IMG/VR virus record: IMGVR_UViG_3300030060_008003
Coordinates: 27,502-91,501 of that record
Length of the DNA: 64,000 nt
DNA from: a virus
Direction: 5' to 3' (one strand)
In this document: piece after piece, positions 19,299 to 30,209 of the stretch
Layout: each line of letters opens with the position of its first letter
Numbering within the stretch: the stretch's first letter is position 1
The notes under the pieces: model-generated
The model's input: only the letters and a program-made list of their open reading frames with translations
Databases searched by the model: none
What the model was told of the DNA's origin: nothing
Made by a program: the position numbers and the translations under genes

Positions 19299-21673
19299 TT
19301 TTTGTAGTCTATAAATTTAATATCGTTAATGTTCGTCGTTTTTGGAATAGAGTTTTTAATATTTGTCAAAACAATATTTTTAACTTCATCACGAATATTA
19401 CTATCTGTTATATTTAAATTTTTAATATTAATATCCACCTCATTACTCTTATGTTTGAGGTTTGTGTTTATTGAGTTTACAAGTTGTATATTATCTGTTA
19501 AATTTCTCTGACCGCATGGTAGAGATATAGTTATGTCTTGTATATTATTAAGATTGGAACTAAACAAGAAAGCTATTCGTTCATTCTCATTAAGAGGTTC
19601 GAGAGAAAGATATAAATTATCAATAGCTATTCTATCCTCTGGATCACTAGCAGCATTACGTAATATTTCAATACTTTGCTGTACATTATCTTCATCTGTA
19701 TAATATATAAAGATGTCGCCAAAAAGAAGTCGCTTAGTGTACATTTGAAAAGCGTTAATTTCAAATGTATACAACTCAATTGAATTTAGATATAATTTAA
19801 ACTCACCTAATACAGCATCAAAGGATAAGAAAACATTATTTTGTTCAAATAAATCAATACTAAATTCATACTCATACGTTGTTTGGGCTATTCTAGCTGA
19901 TAAACTTAAACCTTCAGTACTATTATCAAATAACTTATAGCTAAACTTACAAGTTTTTCCATTTTTCTTAAAACAAATACCACCGTCAATCGCATTATAC
20001 TCTGACTCTATATAAAAATCATTTGTATCATTTTGTATTGTAAATCCTAATCCAAAGCCACCATTTTCATTTATAGTAGAAAAATAATTATTAATCTTTC
20101 TATCCACAACCGAAGTTTCGCAGAAATTTGTCGGAGATTTTCTAGTAAAATTTTGTTTTGCAATTCTTACATATTTGTATCTTTTTGACGGTTCAAAAAC
20201 TAAATCACTCTTTTTATCAAAATAATATTTTTCAGTTACTGATGTTTTGAGACTTGAATTAGTCATAATTAAATTTTCAACAGCTTGATCATAAGTTATA
20301 TTAAATGAACCAACACCACCCAGGGCCTCTTCTTTTGAAACGAGATCTGGGTAAAAATACCTATCAACCCACGTTCCGCGTTTACCTATACCACCGGATA
20401 ACCATGTGCAAAGGTAGGTGACATTTTCACCTTTAACAGAATTATCATCTAAACTATATACTCTATCTGATAAATCTGGTGCAGTAAACGAAAAAGAACC
20501 GCAATCTGCAAACTTAGTATCATTAATGTTTATTTTATCAAAAGGCTGCAGGGACGATGGAGTTGTAAAATGTGTTGTACCTGATCTGATAATTATATCA
20601 TAGTTATTATAAACATAGTTTAAGGCTAATGTTTCATTTTCCTCACTATCTATATCTGCAAAAATACTAGTGTAGTTTCTTAAATTTTGCGCAAATGTGG
20701 TTGTCTCAGAAGTTGATAAAAGGTTATTTGATGATGTAAACGAGTCTTGTGTATTTACTATATTTTTTAGCGTTAAAAAATTAAAAATTTGTTTATCATT
20801 ATTACTCGAACTGTAGAGTAAGTAGTTAGAAGGTAAATTAAAATCACTTGTTGTATTTTTAATCTTTCCAGAATTATCGTATGTTATGTATGATGTATTA
20901 TACGGCGACGGTATAGTTAAATTTAGCTCTTGATCGAGTCTTATACTAAAAGCAGTAACAGCAAACTCATTATATTGATTTATGGGATTGAGTCTCGTAG
21001 CAACAACCTTATCCCCGTTACTAGTTAATGCATACACAGTTTTTGTCCCAGATTTAATTTTTGTAGAATATAAATTAATGTAACTTATTGATGTATACTT
21101 ACATAAATTATAATTTAAATTAAACCCAGATAGTGGTAATTGACTTTCTGAAACAAATAACACTTCACGTGTATCTGTAAACTCACTATCGTTGTCATTT
21201 TCTACAACAAGAAAGTATCGAATATTATTTACCCTAGTTGCAACTCTACAATTAAAATCATCTATTAATTCAATTTCAAAAACACTACCCTCACTAGGAT
21301 TAATCGTTGCCGTTCCGTAGTTTTCTGCTGCGTAAATATTATTTTCTATTTTAAACGTACTTAAAGAAGCTTGCTTAAAGGAACAAAATGCATTAGCACT
21401 GAATCCAAAATTTAATGTTGAAGTGTATCTTTTTGGTTTTACTTTTGGCGCATTATATGTTGTAACGCTATCTAATAAAACGTTATTAGTAAGGTAAAAG
21501 TTAGTGTAGTTTAAATTTTTAAAGCTTTGTGAGCTAGAGAGGGCCTGTATAAAATTTATCTTAAAGCCTCCATTAAATGTCCGTGGGAATTGATCTAATT
21601 CAATATTCATCGGACAAAAGCTAGCCTCTGCTGAGCTAAGTGCACTTAGACTAGATTTTACTAAAGATCCCAT
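19295..21673 (-). CDS. hypothetical virion structural protein
   Basis: ATG at 21673 follows TAAATA by 6 nt; N/S/T-rich. Confidence 0.7.
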   Translation of the reverse strand: MGSLVKSSLSALSSAEASFCPMNIELDQFPRTFNGGFKINFIQALSSSQSFKNLNYTNFYLTNNVLLDSVTTYNAPKVKPKRYTSTLNFGFSANAFCSFKQASLSTFKIENNIYAAENYGTATINPSEGSVFEIELIDDFNCRVATRVNNIRYFLVVENDNDSEFTDTREVLFVSESQLPLSGFNLNYNLCKYTSISYINLYSTKIKSGTKTVYALTSNGDKVVATRLNPINQYNEFAVTAFSIRLDQELNLTIPSPYNTSYITYDNSGKIKNTTSDFNLPSNYLLYSSSNNDKQIFNFLTLKNIVNTQDSFTSSNNLLSTSETTTFAQNLRNYTSIFADIDSEENETLALNYVYNNYDIIIRSGTTHFTTPSSLQPFDKININDTKFADCGSFSFTAPDLSDRVYSLDDNSVKGENVTYLCTWLSGGIGKRGTWVDRYFYPDLVSKEEALGGVGSFNITYDQAVENLIMTNSSLKTSVTEKYYFDKKSDLVFEPSKRYKYVRIAKQNFTRKSPTNFCETSVVDRKINNYFSTINENGGFGLGFTIQNDTNDFYIESEYNAIDGGICFKKNGKTCKFSYKLFDNSTEGLSLSARIAQTTYEYEFSIDLFEQNNVFLSFDAVLGEFKLYLNSIELYTFEINAFQMYTKRLLFGDIFIYYTDEDNVQQSIEILRNAASDPEDRIAIDNLYLSLEPLNENERIAFLFSSNLNNIQDITISLPCGQRNLTDNIQLVNSINTNLKHKSNEVDINIKNLNITDSNIRDEVKNIVLTNIKNSIPKTTNINDIKFIDYKK

Positions 21674-21682
21674 TAACAATAT

Positions 21683-22219
21683 TTATGCTGTGTCTTCTTT
21701 ATAAGATTCGTTATCCAATTGAACGATATAATTATCTTTTTTAGTAAGAAATGTAAATCTAGAGCTATTATAGCTTTTGTTTAAGAGATCCAGCCCTACT
21801 AAGTCAATATCTTCAACAGTTTGATAATAACCGCCCGTTCGTATATTTATAGGTGCGCTTAATTGCGTTGTTTCACCTGTAACATACCCCACATTAATTT
21901 TTAATACTACAGACTTGTTAAGCGCGTAATTAGACGGCTCGTATATATGATTATATAGATCTGATAGATATTTTGGTGCAATACCTCTATTTACTTCAGG
22001 ATATATTGAATCCTTTAAATAGTCGCGAAAAATAGTAACATCAGGCTCTAGTACAGGTGTACCGTCGCCCCAATCAATTGCTAGATAGTTTGGAAATGTA
22101 CCGGTAAATATATCTACCAAATTTATATTAAAGTTAGTAACATCAAAAAGATCGATAGTATCGTAAAGTATAGAGCCACCAACTTCTGTTGTAGATATAG
22201 AGAAAGTAAATGTATTCAT
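21683..22219 (-). CDS. virion protein with a PKD-like motif
   Basis: IDWGDG...HIY motif. Confidence 0.6.
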   Translation of the reverse strand: MNTFTFSISTTEVGGSILYDTIDLFDVTNFNINLVDIFTGTFPNYLAIDWGDGTPVLEPDVTIFRDYLKDSIYPEVNRGIAPKYLSDLYNHIYEPSNYALNKSVVLKINVGYVTGETTQLSAPINIRTGGYYQTVEDIDLVGLDLLNKSYNSSRFTFLTKKDNYIVQLDNESYKEDTA

Positions 22220-25209
22220 AGTATTAAAGCTGCTCCGGATAAGGGTGAGGGTGTAACGTTAGTTGTTGTTAAGGTAGGTACAATAGATGATAGTACAAAA
22301 TTGATATTATTTAAATTGCGTATATTTTTTGCTGATTGTGTAAAGTTAAAAGTAAATCTACTATTATTACAAACATATGCCTCTGTATTTAAAAACTTAA
22401 CGTCATCAACATACTCAAAGAGATAATTTAATAAGACCGGTCCTTTATTTTGATCCTTTAAAACTACAGCAAGATTAAATTGATTATTATCACTGCTATA
22501 CGTCAGTTGAGGGCGGCTACACTCAATGTATACTGAATCATCAGCCGTTAATGCAAAGTACGCTGCTGATGAAAGGACAGGGTTACCGGTTGTTGGATAT
22601 ATTTGTTCACTCTTATCGTTTGCGTAATTATATTTGTAGATCTCTGGGTAAAAATTATCACCTTTATAACCTACTTGTTGCCTCGCCATCCGACAGTAGA
22701 AAACATCATCCTGTACCTTTAGCCTATTACTAGCCTTATCAAAGAAATTTGTATTTATTGTTAATGAATTTGTAAAAGTATTTGGCGTTTTAAATGTTTC
22801 ATTATCGTAATTAGTTCTCTCAATAACTACGTAACTACTAGTTTCGATAAATAATGTACTATAGAAGATATCGAAATTAACAACAGCCGTGGATAATTCA
22901 TTACAAACAGCTTTGTTATACTTTGTAGAGATATAAGGTAACCACTCTGTAAGCTCCTTTACTGCTGGTTTATTTGGCGCTTGATTTACATTTTTAATGT
23001 ATATCTTACCTAAGTGCTCCCTTTTATCAAAAAATCTTGATGTCGCAGACGTAACGTCAGCTATAGACGTTTTCGCGAAAACGTCTGTTTCATAATCAAA
23101 TTTTTCTCTATTTTGCGAATAGTTAAATATAATTTTATCTGTAAATAAACCACCGTCGTAATTTTTAACATCATTCCCAGAGTTGCCAGATCCGCCTGAT
23201 AGTCGAACATTATAACTAAAATTACCTACAAGGCTTTTAGTAAATGCATCAGTTGGATCGCATAATGCTGTAAAGATAGTTTTACCAGGGAAGGAGGTAG
23301 GGTAAGGAGGATTTGTATTGAACAAACCAATACCTGCTTCTGTTAATTCAGAAAAATAAAATTGATCTGTACTAGCAGCGTAGGAGCTTAAATCAGAGAT
23401 ATTTGAAACGCCTATATCTGTTGCACTTGTTGGGTCTACGAGAGCTTCTGTATCTGAAAAAGCAAAATATGCGCCTTCTTTTACATCAGCATCAATAGTA
23501 AATCCTGCAGGTCTTTTATAGTCGACTTCTAAGTAATTAGATGGCTCTTTTAACCCTTGATAGGGATTAAAATATCTGTAAAATATATTGTAAGCAGAAG
23601 TTGGAAAACTAGTCCAACTACCCGGTGTATCGGGTATTAAGCCAGGTGTAGATCGGCCAGTAAACCCATTTGTAAAGGTAGAAAGACCAGATCTTATAGT
23701 CTCAGCAAATGTAGCAGAATCTGATATTTTATATGAAAATTTATAACCTTCACCGTATAGGTCATCGAAAAATTGATAACCGTTCATTAACAAGCTCTTA
23801 ACTTGCTTACGCGTTTCAACTGTTACATTATTTCGATAGTAATTTGAATCTTTTACCAACCCAAATATATTACCGAATAGATCTTTCTTACTATCAAAAA
23901 TATAGCCTTCATCAAACAGATAAGATAGATCAGTATTTAAATTTCTATCCTGACCCATTTCAGAATTATAACCTATAAAAGCAGTACTATCTCTATCTGT
24001 GTTAGGTTGATTAACTGCAATACCCTTACTGGCATTATTAATGGCACGTGACGTATCGATAATAAATGTAAGAACATTTTCTGTATTTGTAAATAAATTA
24101 GGATCTGGAAAAATATATAATTGATTTGGTGGATATTTTTTTCTCGTGAAAAACTGTAATCGTTTACCTTCAATAACTACAATTGCAGAATTTTGTGGTC
24201 TAAAAAATCCTAGATCTCGCTCGCTAACTATATCATTAGAAAAAATTGATGCTGTAGATGGAAAATCTTGATTTAAGAAATTAGCATATGGCTTTTGTGC
24301 TTTAAACAACATTTTTATATTGTTGTTTTCGTCAAGTTCAGGGTTACCCTCCCCATCTGTTGCAATATAATAGAAGTCAGCTCCCATGAACTTTTCTGTA
24401 AGCTTCCTTTTATTGCTAAATAAAGAATCTTCTTTTACATTAAAATTTAAAGTTTGTTGAGCTTCTTTAAGCTCAATTAGATCACTAGCAACATTAGCAA
24501 AGACCTGTTGTATAAGCGACTCATCATTTAATAAAAATATATTATCTCGTGGTAACTGCGAAGGATCATACCCTTGAAAAGTTTCACCGTAAGATGATGC
24601 ATCAGGAGTTTTATTAAAGTACTGTGCGAAGTTATCAAAGTACTCTGTCATCGATATTGATAAATGTTCTTTAATTTTATCTATATCATAATCCTTAGCA
24701 GATGTACTACGGTTTTCTAGAAATTCTAAAATAAGATCTATAGCAGCTTGCTCTGCACCTAATGTACTACCTTTTACTTTTGCTTTTGTAGTTGCATAAT
24801 GTAGTTTTTGTCTTTTACTTTTGTAGTACGATATAATACTTCGTATCTTCTTACTGTAAAAAGACATTGCTACTTCTAAATCATGAGGATCAGAAAAATC
24901 TAATTGTGTGAGAAATCTTTGCTCTGCGTTAGTAGAAAAATTTAAAGTAATATCTTTTAAAAAGTCACGATAACGTTCAATTATTATACCTTTATTATCA
25001 CTATCTTGACCTTCAATTATAACGTTCCACCTACTAATGTATGTATTATAAAAACTGGTTAATGTATCCGGATCGTATTGCTCAGTTACAGTTTCTATAA
25101 ACTGAACAAAAGAAAATGGAGTAAATCTATCTAATGCATCATCACGATTAACATTAGGATTAGTTATAGATAAATCTACTTCAGGGTAGCCTGTAACAAT
25201 AGTATCCAT
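22216..25209 (-). CDS. large hypothetical virion/baseplate protein
   Basis: 997-aa ORF with TAAATA upstream, in the structural operon. Confidence 0.7.
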   Translation of the reverse strand: MDTIVTGYPEVDLSITNPNVNRDDALDRFTPFSFVQFIETVTEQYDPDTLTSFYNTYISRWNVIIEGQDSDNKGIIIERYRDFLKDITLNFSTNAEQRFLTQLDFSDPHDLEVAMSFYSKKIRSIISYYKSKRQKLHYATTKAKVKGSTLGAEQAAIDLILEFLENRSTSAKDYDIDKIKEHLSISMTEYFDNFAQYFNKTPDASSYGETFQGYDPSQLPRDNIFLLNDESLIQQVFANVASDLIELKEAQQTLNFNVKEDSLFSNKRKLTEKFMGADFYYIATDGEGNPELDENNNIKMLFKAQKPYANFLNQDFPSTASIFSNDIVSERDLGFFRPQNSAIVVIEGKRLQFFTRKKYPPNQLYIFPDPNLFTNTENVLTFIIDTSRAINNASKGIAVNQPNTDRDSTAFIGYNSEMGQDRNLNTDLSYLFDEGYIFDSKKDLFGNIFGLVKDSNYYRNNVTVETRKQVKSLLMNGYQFFDDLYGEGYKFSYKISDSATFAETIRSGLSTFTNGFTGRSTPGLIPDTPGSWTSFPTSAYNIFYRYFNPYQGLKEPSNYLEVDYKRPAGFTIDADVKEGAYFAFSDTEALVDPTSATDIGVSNISDLSSYAASTDQFYFSELTEAGIGLFNTNPPYPTSFPGKTIFTALCDPTDAFTKSLVGNFSYNVRLSGGSGNSGNDVKNYDGGLFTDKIIFNYSQNREKFDYETDVFAKTSIADVTSATSRFFDKREHLGKIYIKNVNQAPNKPAVKELTEWLPYISTKYNKAVCNELSTAVVNFDIFYSTLFIETSSYVVIERTNYDNETFKTPNTFTNSLTINTNFFDKASNRLKVQDDVFYCRMARQQVGYKGDNFYPEIYKYNYANDKSEQIYPTTGNPVLSSAAYFALTADDSVYIECSRPQLTYSSDNNQFNLAVVLKDQNKGPVLLNYLFEYVDDVKFLNTEAYVCNNSRFTFNFTQSAKNIRNLNNINFVLSSIVPTLTTTNVTPSPLSGAALIL

Positions 25210-25224
25210 TAAACATATTTATCT

Positions 25225-27507
25225 CTAGAACAGAGATAGACTACTAAATAAGGAGTTTCGAATCATAACATCAAATACATTGTTATCACCCTCTAGTGCA
25301 CTAAGTGGTGTATTGTAATCGAGTGTTGTTAAGCCATTTTTATAATCAATCAACCCTCCTTCTATAGTATTATCAAACCCAGCAGATAGACTGTAAAATT
25401 TATAAAATTTATCTACTTCTGTTGTATCATACGACGCTGGTAATACTAAAGGCCACCCCCAATACGAGCCACTACTCGTTATAGCAGATCCTGTAGGTAC
25501 GGTCGTACTAAGATCACTCAACATATACGTATTAGTATTACGTGAACGTGAATATGCCGCACCAAACTCACCAGACCCACCACTAAGCGCACATAACGGT
25601 TGATACGTATTTAACCTTGTATACGTTTCACTAAATTTTTCATAAGCGACTATATCAGTCCCGGCAGAAACTTCATACGTTAATGTATCTAACAACCCAT
25701 TTAAATTTTTACCATATGTGACTTTTGTTGTATGCCCTTGAGGGTCATAATTTTCATCAAATTTATTTTGCGTACCTCTAAATTTATTATAATTAACACT
25801 CAAAACGCTCATCAACCTATCTACCATTTCTGGTTGTTGTGCTAAAGCTCTATCAAAAACCAAACCATCATCATCTGTTAAACTAGCTAAATTAATGAGA
25901 GAGTTTATATCGCAATAATCTATGTCATTAGTATTTGATGTAAAATTTTGAATCTTAGACCATAGCTTTTTACCCAAAACAGTATAATCACTACTTACAC
26001 TACCAAAGATAGTTCCTATAAAATCAGTAAATAATATATCTTTATCTAATAAAATTTCTTGGAATCTCAAATCTTTTATTGTTTGTTCAAAATCAAAATT
26101 TTCATTTTGTTTGTACGCTTCATAATAATTTTTAGGGTAACAAGTAAATGGAGCAAAACCAGTTACAGTATTTTTTAATGTTGGGCTTGTGGCAGTGTCT
26201 TCATATAGGCATTTTGCGCTTAAAGTTAAGACTGATGGTTTGCCAGAAAGCGTCGCTAGAGTTTTGTCATTAAATGTTAATAATCCCCTATACCAAAATC
26301 TTGTATCAAAAGCAGATAAAGGCGCAGCACTTAAACTCTGTATATCGTAATGAGTTGTAGACACAACAACACCACTGACACCAGGTATAACTTCTGGCGA
26401 TGTCCCGGATAATAATTCAAATGTAGGTGTTGTGTTACTTGACAAAGACTTCATTGTAAAGTAGCCTGTGTTCTTTGGTGATAAAATAAATGGGATACCT
26501 AATCCTTTAAATTGAATCGGTGAAACTTCAAAAGTTTCAACACTATCACCTTCACCGGGTATACCATTTGACGTAATTGCTATACTACTAATAGTTTGCG
26601 AAGAAACTGTTCCGACTAAAGAGGAGAGAGTAATAGTAAAGTTATTTGAATAATCGTTATTTTTAAATCCTGATGTAGTATCTGAAAAAATATTATCTCT
26701 ATCTTTAAAGAGAGATATGTTAACAGGCCTATAGGGTTGTTTTTGTCTGTCAGTTTTAAAATAAAATATATCTTTACCAGAACTACCAGCGTGAAAGCTT
26801 GAAATATGTGAACTAGTAGTGTTAACTATAGAGAAGGCTGTCGGACCTTTACCTGATGTGTGATTGTTTCCGCTTAAACGTACATATATGTTTGTAGATG
26901 ATAAAGACATTTTCTTTATCTCTTCATATTCAAATCCCGATAACGTGTCAATGTAGTTTTTCTTATAAAATGAGTGAAATGCTCTAAGATTATTAAATTT
27001 ATTTGGCTTTATATTAAAAAAGTTAGGTACATCGCATCCTGATACAGAAAAGTAGATATCTTGAAAATCTTGATAAAAGGGTGTTTGAGAATTAATTGTT
27101 ACCGGGTTTGAAAATTCACCTGCTGATAATTCTAATATATTTGATTTAGTCGGTCCCGCTGTTACAGAAAAGGTATTAGTAATGTAATCGTGTATTGTTA
27201 TATTAGTACTGTATGACGCTAGTATACTATTATTATCACAGTCGCGTAAAACCATTCGAACGTTGTATACACCTGGATATTGATATGCATGGGTACTTGT
27301 TAATGTGTTACCGTAGGTACCATCACCAAAGTCAAAGGTTGCTTTAAGAGTGTTATATTGTGTAGTTACAGCTTCACCACCTAAAGAGCTAGGTATACGC
27401 GCTTTAAATGTAAGAGGGGTAAAGGGTAAATTGTATGAAGATAATTTAGCTTCACGCTTAAAATCTTCTACATCAAAGGTTGCATAATTAACTTGTATAT
27501 TACTCAT
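25225..27507 (-). CDS. virion protein with a PKD domain, candidate baseplate wedge protein
   Basis: FDFGDGTYG...HAYQYPGVYNVRM; directly downstream of the gp6-like gene. Confidence 0.7.
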   Translation of the reverse strand: MSNIQVNYATFDVEDFKREAKLSSYNLPFTPLTFKARIPSSLGGEAVTTQYNTLKATFDFGDGTYGNTLTSTHAYQYPGVYNVRMVLRDCDNNSILASYSTNITIHDYITNTFSVTAGPTKSNILELSAGEFSNPVTINSQTPFYQDFQDIYFSVSGCDVPNFFNIKPNKFNNLRAFHSFYKKNYIDTLSGFEYEEIKKMSLSSTNIYVRLSGNNHTSGKGPTAFSIVNTTSSHISSFHAGSSGKDIFYFKTDRQKQPYRPVNISLFKDRDNIFSDTTSGFKNNDYSNNFTITLSSLVGTVSSQTISSIAITSNGIPGEGDSVETFEVSPIQFKGLGIPFILSPKNTGYFTMKSLSSNTTPTFELLSGTSPEVIPGVSGVVVSTTHYDIQSLSAAPLSAFDTRFWYRGLLTFNDKTLATLSGKPSVLTLSAKCLYEDTATSPTLKNTVTGFAPFTCYPKNYYEAYKQNENFDFEQTIKDLRFQEILLDKDILFTDFIGTIFGSVSSDYTVLGKKLWSKIQNFTSNTNDIDYCDINSLINLASLTDDDGLVFDRALAQQPEMVDRLMSVLSVNYNKFRGTQNKFDENYDPQGHTTKVTYGKNLNGLLDTLTYEVSAGTDIVAYEKFSETYTRLNTYQPLCALSGGSGEFGAAYSRSRNTNTYMLSDLSTTVPTGSAITSSGSYWGWPLVLPASYDTTEVDKFYKFYSLSAGFDNTIEGGLIDYKNGLTTLDYNTPLSALEGDNNVFDVMIRNSLFSSLSLF

Positions 27508-29344
27508 CTGTTATAACAATGCGATCAGCTACAGATAGTGGCGAATATAAATATGGAAACTTAAAAAACGGTAACGTCTTATCTTGATTCACTAATTCTA
27601 TATCACTTTCTGGGTACTGTGGATTGAATGATAAAAATGATACACCACCGGTAAATATTTCACCCGTTGTTTCATTTCTAGTTTCGATACGTTTTATTCC
27701 CTCTAAAGAAAGAATGTCATTAGCAAGATTTATTAATTTTAAATTACCACCTAACACATTATCATCAGGATTAAAAAACTTTTTAATTAAACTACCAATT
27801 CTTGTCTTTAGAGTTGTTTTATTTATTTTATTATTAGTTTCTCTTACAGCATATAGTTTTGTTTGGTCGAGTATATCTAATGTTAAATCTGCTGCGTCTC
27901 CTATACCTAGTCCAAAAGCCATGTATATAGGATCTCGTGGTACGACAGTATTTGATAACATTTTTCTATCTTGTGTTTGAGTAACAATATAATTTTTAAA
28001 CGAATTACTCAAAAAAGGTGGATAAGATTTATCTTCTGCTATTTTAAATTTAGGTACAACAAAAACATTTATATTATTAAAGTCACAAGAATCAGCAAAG
28101 TTAACTTGATTAATTATTACTCTGTTAACCTTATTTGGATCAACGCATATATCATAAAAATATTGTATATACTCATTAATATAGCTATCATTACTAACCA
28201 CTTTTGTACTAGCGATAACGTTGGCTAGGTTTTTTTGTAAAAATGATTGATAGTCTCCTTCTGTAACTAATCTTAATTGTGAAGAAAACATTTTTGGAGC
28301 ATTTTGTCTGATTTGCTCTACTGTTTCTTCTGTAGAAAGTGCAGAAGAATTAAGTGGGTTATTAAATGTAATTTTCGGACTATTAGTAATATTTAAAAAG
28401 GTAGTTTCAGTTTTATTTGGGTATAAGTCTTGAAATAGTTCACGCTGCCTAGTAGAGTCGTAAACAAACAGTTTATTACCGTTGATAATATTCTTACTAA
28501 TAACACCAGCAGTATTATCAGATAGTATATAGTTTACTGATACTATATCTCCTCCATCGAGCTTCTTACCGAACACGCCGCTACCAAACTTTATTTCATA
28601 GTGTCCATATTCATTTAATCTCAACTCACAAACCCTATCAACAGATTTTGTGAGATATAAACTCTCCACAATCTCATACTCATAATATGTGTTATTACTT
28701 AATTCTTTAACATATACGCTTAATGTACCGTCAGCAATAAATTTATCACTATTACTATCAACAATGTTATCAACTACAACAGGTAGAATTTCAAACTCTT
28801 CACCTTGAGCAGTGTAGTCAGGGTATTCTTTTATTGTACCTTGGTATAATATAGTTTCATCATTTACACTCTGTAGCGTCTCTACCCCGTTAGTTGATTT
28901 ATTGAAAGATATATCTTTGTTAAAATTATACTGCACCCCATCAGCTAAAAAGTAAGAATATTTACGAATAGTATAGTTACCAATTGGTAAAGAAGCCGCA
29001 GCCACAGCATTTATTGGAACAATTGAAGTTTGCTTTCCAGCTGGCTTATAACCTATCAGCTTAACAATTTTATTCATGTTTTCATACAAAGTAGCTTGAT
29101 CGAAATTGACTTCTGCTGCTGTGTTGTTTAAGTAAAATAAGAGAACATGATATGAATAAGCGATTATATCAATAACCGCTGCCAGGTTACTACCTTCATA
29201 GTTTTGATCTGTAAATTTTTGATTTTCATCTAATCGATTAATAATGTAGTCTTTTAAACTTACAGCATCAAACGCAACATACGCGTCCTGCGGAAGATTA
29301 AAATCTAAAAACTTGTTTGATGTCTCGTTTGTGTTAGTTGGCAT
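27500..29344 (-). CDS. gp6: baseplate wedge subunit, T4 gp6-like
   Basis: FTDQNYEGSNL..IDIIAY, LIGYKP, IKFGSGVFGKKL, ETVEQIRQNAP, RLVT..DY. Confidence 0.9.
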   Translation of the reverse strand: MPTNTNETSNKFLDFNLPQDAYVAFDAVSLKDYIINRLDENQKFTDQNYEGSNLAAVIDIIAYSYHVLLFYLNNTAAEVNFDQATLYENMNKIVKLIGYKPAGKQTSIVPINAVAAASLPIGNYTIRKYSYFLADGVQYNFNKDISFNKSTNGVETLQSVNDETILYQGTIKEYPDYTAQGEEFEILPVVVDNIVDSNSDKFIADGTLSVYVKELSNNTYYEYEIVESLYLTKSVDRVCELRLNEYGHYEIKFGSGVFGKKLDGGDIVSVNYILSDNTAGVISKNIINGNKLFVYDSTRQRELFQDLYPNKTETTFLNITNSPKITFNNPLNSSALSTEETVEQIRQNAPKMFSSQLRLVTEGDYQSFLQKNLANVIASTKVVSNDSYINEYIQYFYDICVDPNKVNRVIINQVNFADSCDFNNINVFVVPKFKIAEDKSYPPFLSNSFKNYIVTQTQDRKMLSNTVVPRDPIYMAFGLGIGDAADLTLDILDQTKLYAVRETNNKINKTTLKTRIGSLIKKFFNPDDNVLGGNLKLINLANDILSLEGIKRIETRNETTGEIFTGGVSFLSFNPQYPESDIELVNQDKTLPFFKFPYLYSPLSVADRIVITDE

Positions 29345-29346
29345 GG

Positions 29347-29835
29347 TTATAATACGTAATATCCGTTACTATTTAATAATGATTTGAGAGTTATCCCATA
29401 AGCATCTAATGAGGGAATGTTTATTTGCATTTCAATATAATATTCTTGTGCGTCTGTAATAGCATCTACATTAACATTTTCAAGTTGTATACGTGGCTCT
29501 TGTGAAGGTAGTAAGGTATCAATATCATATTTAATTTTATAAGCAGTAGAGCTATTAACCGGGTCAAATAGGTATCTTCTTAAATCTAAACCAAATTCTG
29601 GATTTAGGATTTTTTGACCCGGCGAAGTTAAAAATATATTAATAAGACTATTTTTAATAGCTTGTAAATCATATGATCCTTGAACATCTTTTAAAATTAC
29701 ATCTTTCTTAAGCTGTTTATTATAGTATACTTCAGGCACGAGGTCTAAAAAGAGATCTTTGTAAAGATAGCCTCCCTCTAAGGCTGCTTCCCCACCTTTG
29801 TCTATTGTTACGTCCTTTATCTTAATTAAAGCCAT
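29347..29835 (-). CDS. gp25: baseplate wedge subunit, gp25-like
   Basis: AIKNSLINIFLTSPGQKILNPEFG...EPRI. Confidence 0.9.
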   Translation of the reverse strand: MALIKIKDVTIDKGGEAALEGGYLYKDLFLDLVPEVYYNKQLKKDVILKDVQGSYDLQAIKNSLINIFLTSPGQKILNPEFGLDLRRYLFDPVNSSTAYKIKYDIDTLLPSQEPRIQLENVNVDAITDAQEYYIEMQINIPSLDAYGITLKSLLNSNGYYVL

Positions 29836-29873
29836 TTATAATATTTAATACCTCAGTGGTAAATCGAGATTAA

Positions 29874-29889
29874 GGAACTATAATATAAT
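29874..29889 (+). promoter_or_regulatory. GGAAC-N5-TATAAT promoter
   Basis: GGAAC TATAA TATAAT, ATG 6 nt later. Confidence 0.65.
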
Positions 29890-29895
29890 TATAAT

Positions 29896-30162
29896 ATGCG
29901 TGTTAAAGGAAAGACCGAAGTAGATGTAGAAATAACTGTGTCAGAACTAGTATCTGCTCTTAAAGAAGAAATTTATGCAGCCTTAAATCTTCCTAAACCG
30001 AGAGAAGGGCGGGTGTATATTAAAGACGGTCGATTTGTTCATGAAAAGTCTGTATATACAACACACTCTTTCGAAATTGAAGAAGATCTAGGTCTTGCTA
30101 TAGAAGACGATACTGATGTGTTTACAGCGTTTCATACTATAGCAGAATTTCTTAGAGATTAA
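29896..30162 (+). CDS. hypothetical protein
   Basis: preceded by GGAAC-N5-TATAAT-N6-ATG. Confidence 0.75.
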   Translation: MRVKGKTEVDVEITVSELVSALKEEIYAALNLPKPREGRVYIKDGRFVHEKSVYTTHSFEIEEDLGLAIEDDTDVFTAFHTIAEFLRD

Positions 30163-30209
30163 GTTCCGTAATACCGTGTGATTATTTGCAGGTCTGCATA
30201 AATAATATT

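Noticed and set aside
30176-30205. GTG-TGA-TTA-TTT-GCA-GGT-CTG-CAT-AAA-TAA as a second selenopeptide
   Set aside because: Only 9 nt separate the UGA from the hairpin apex (about 18 in fdhF), and there is no credible upstream ORF
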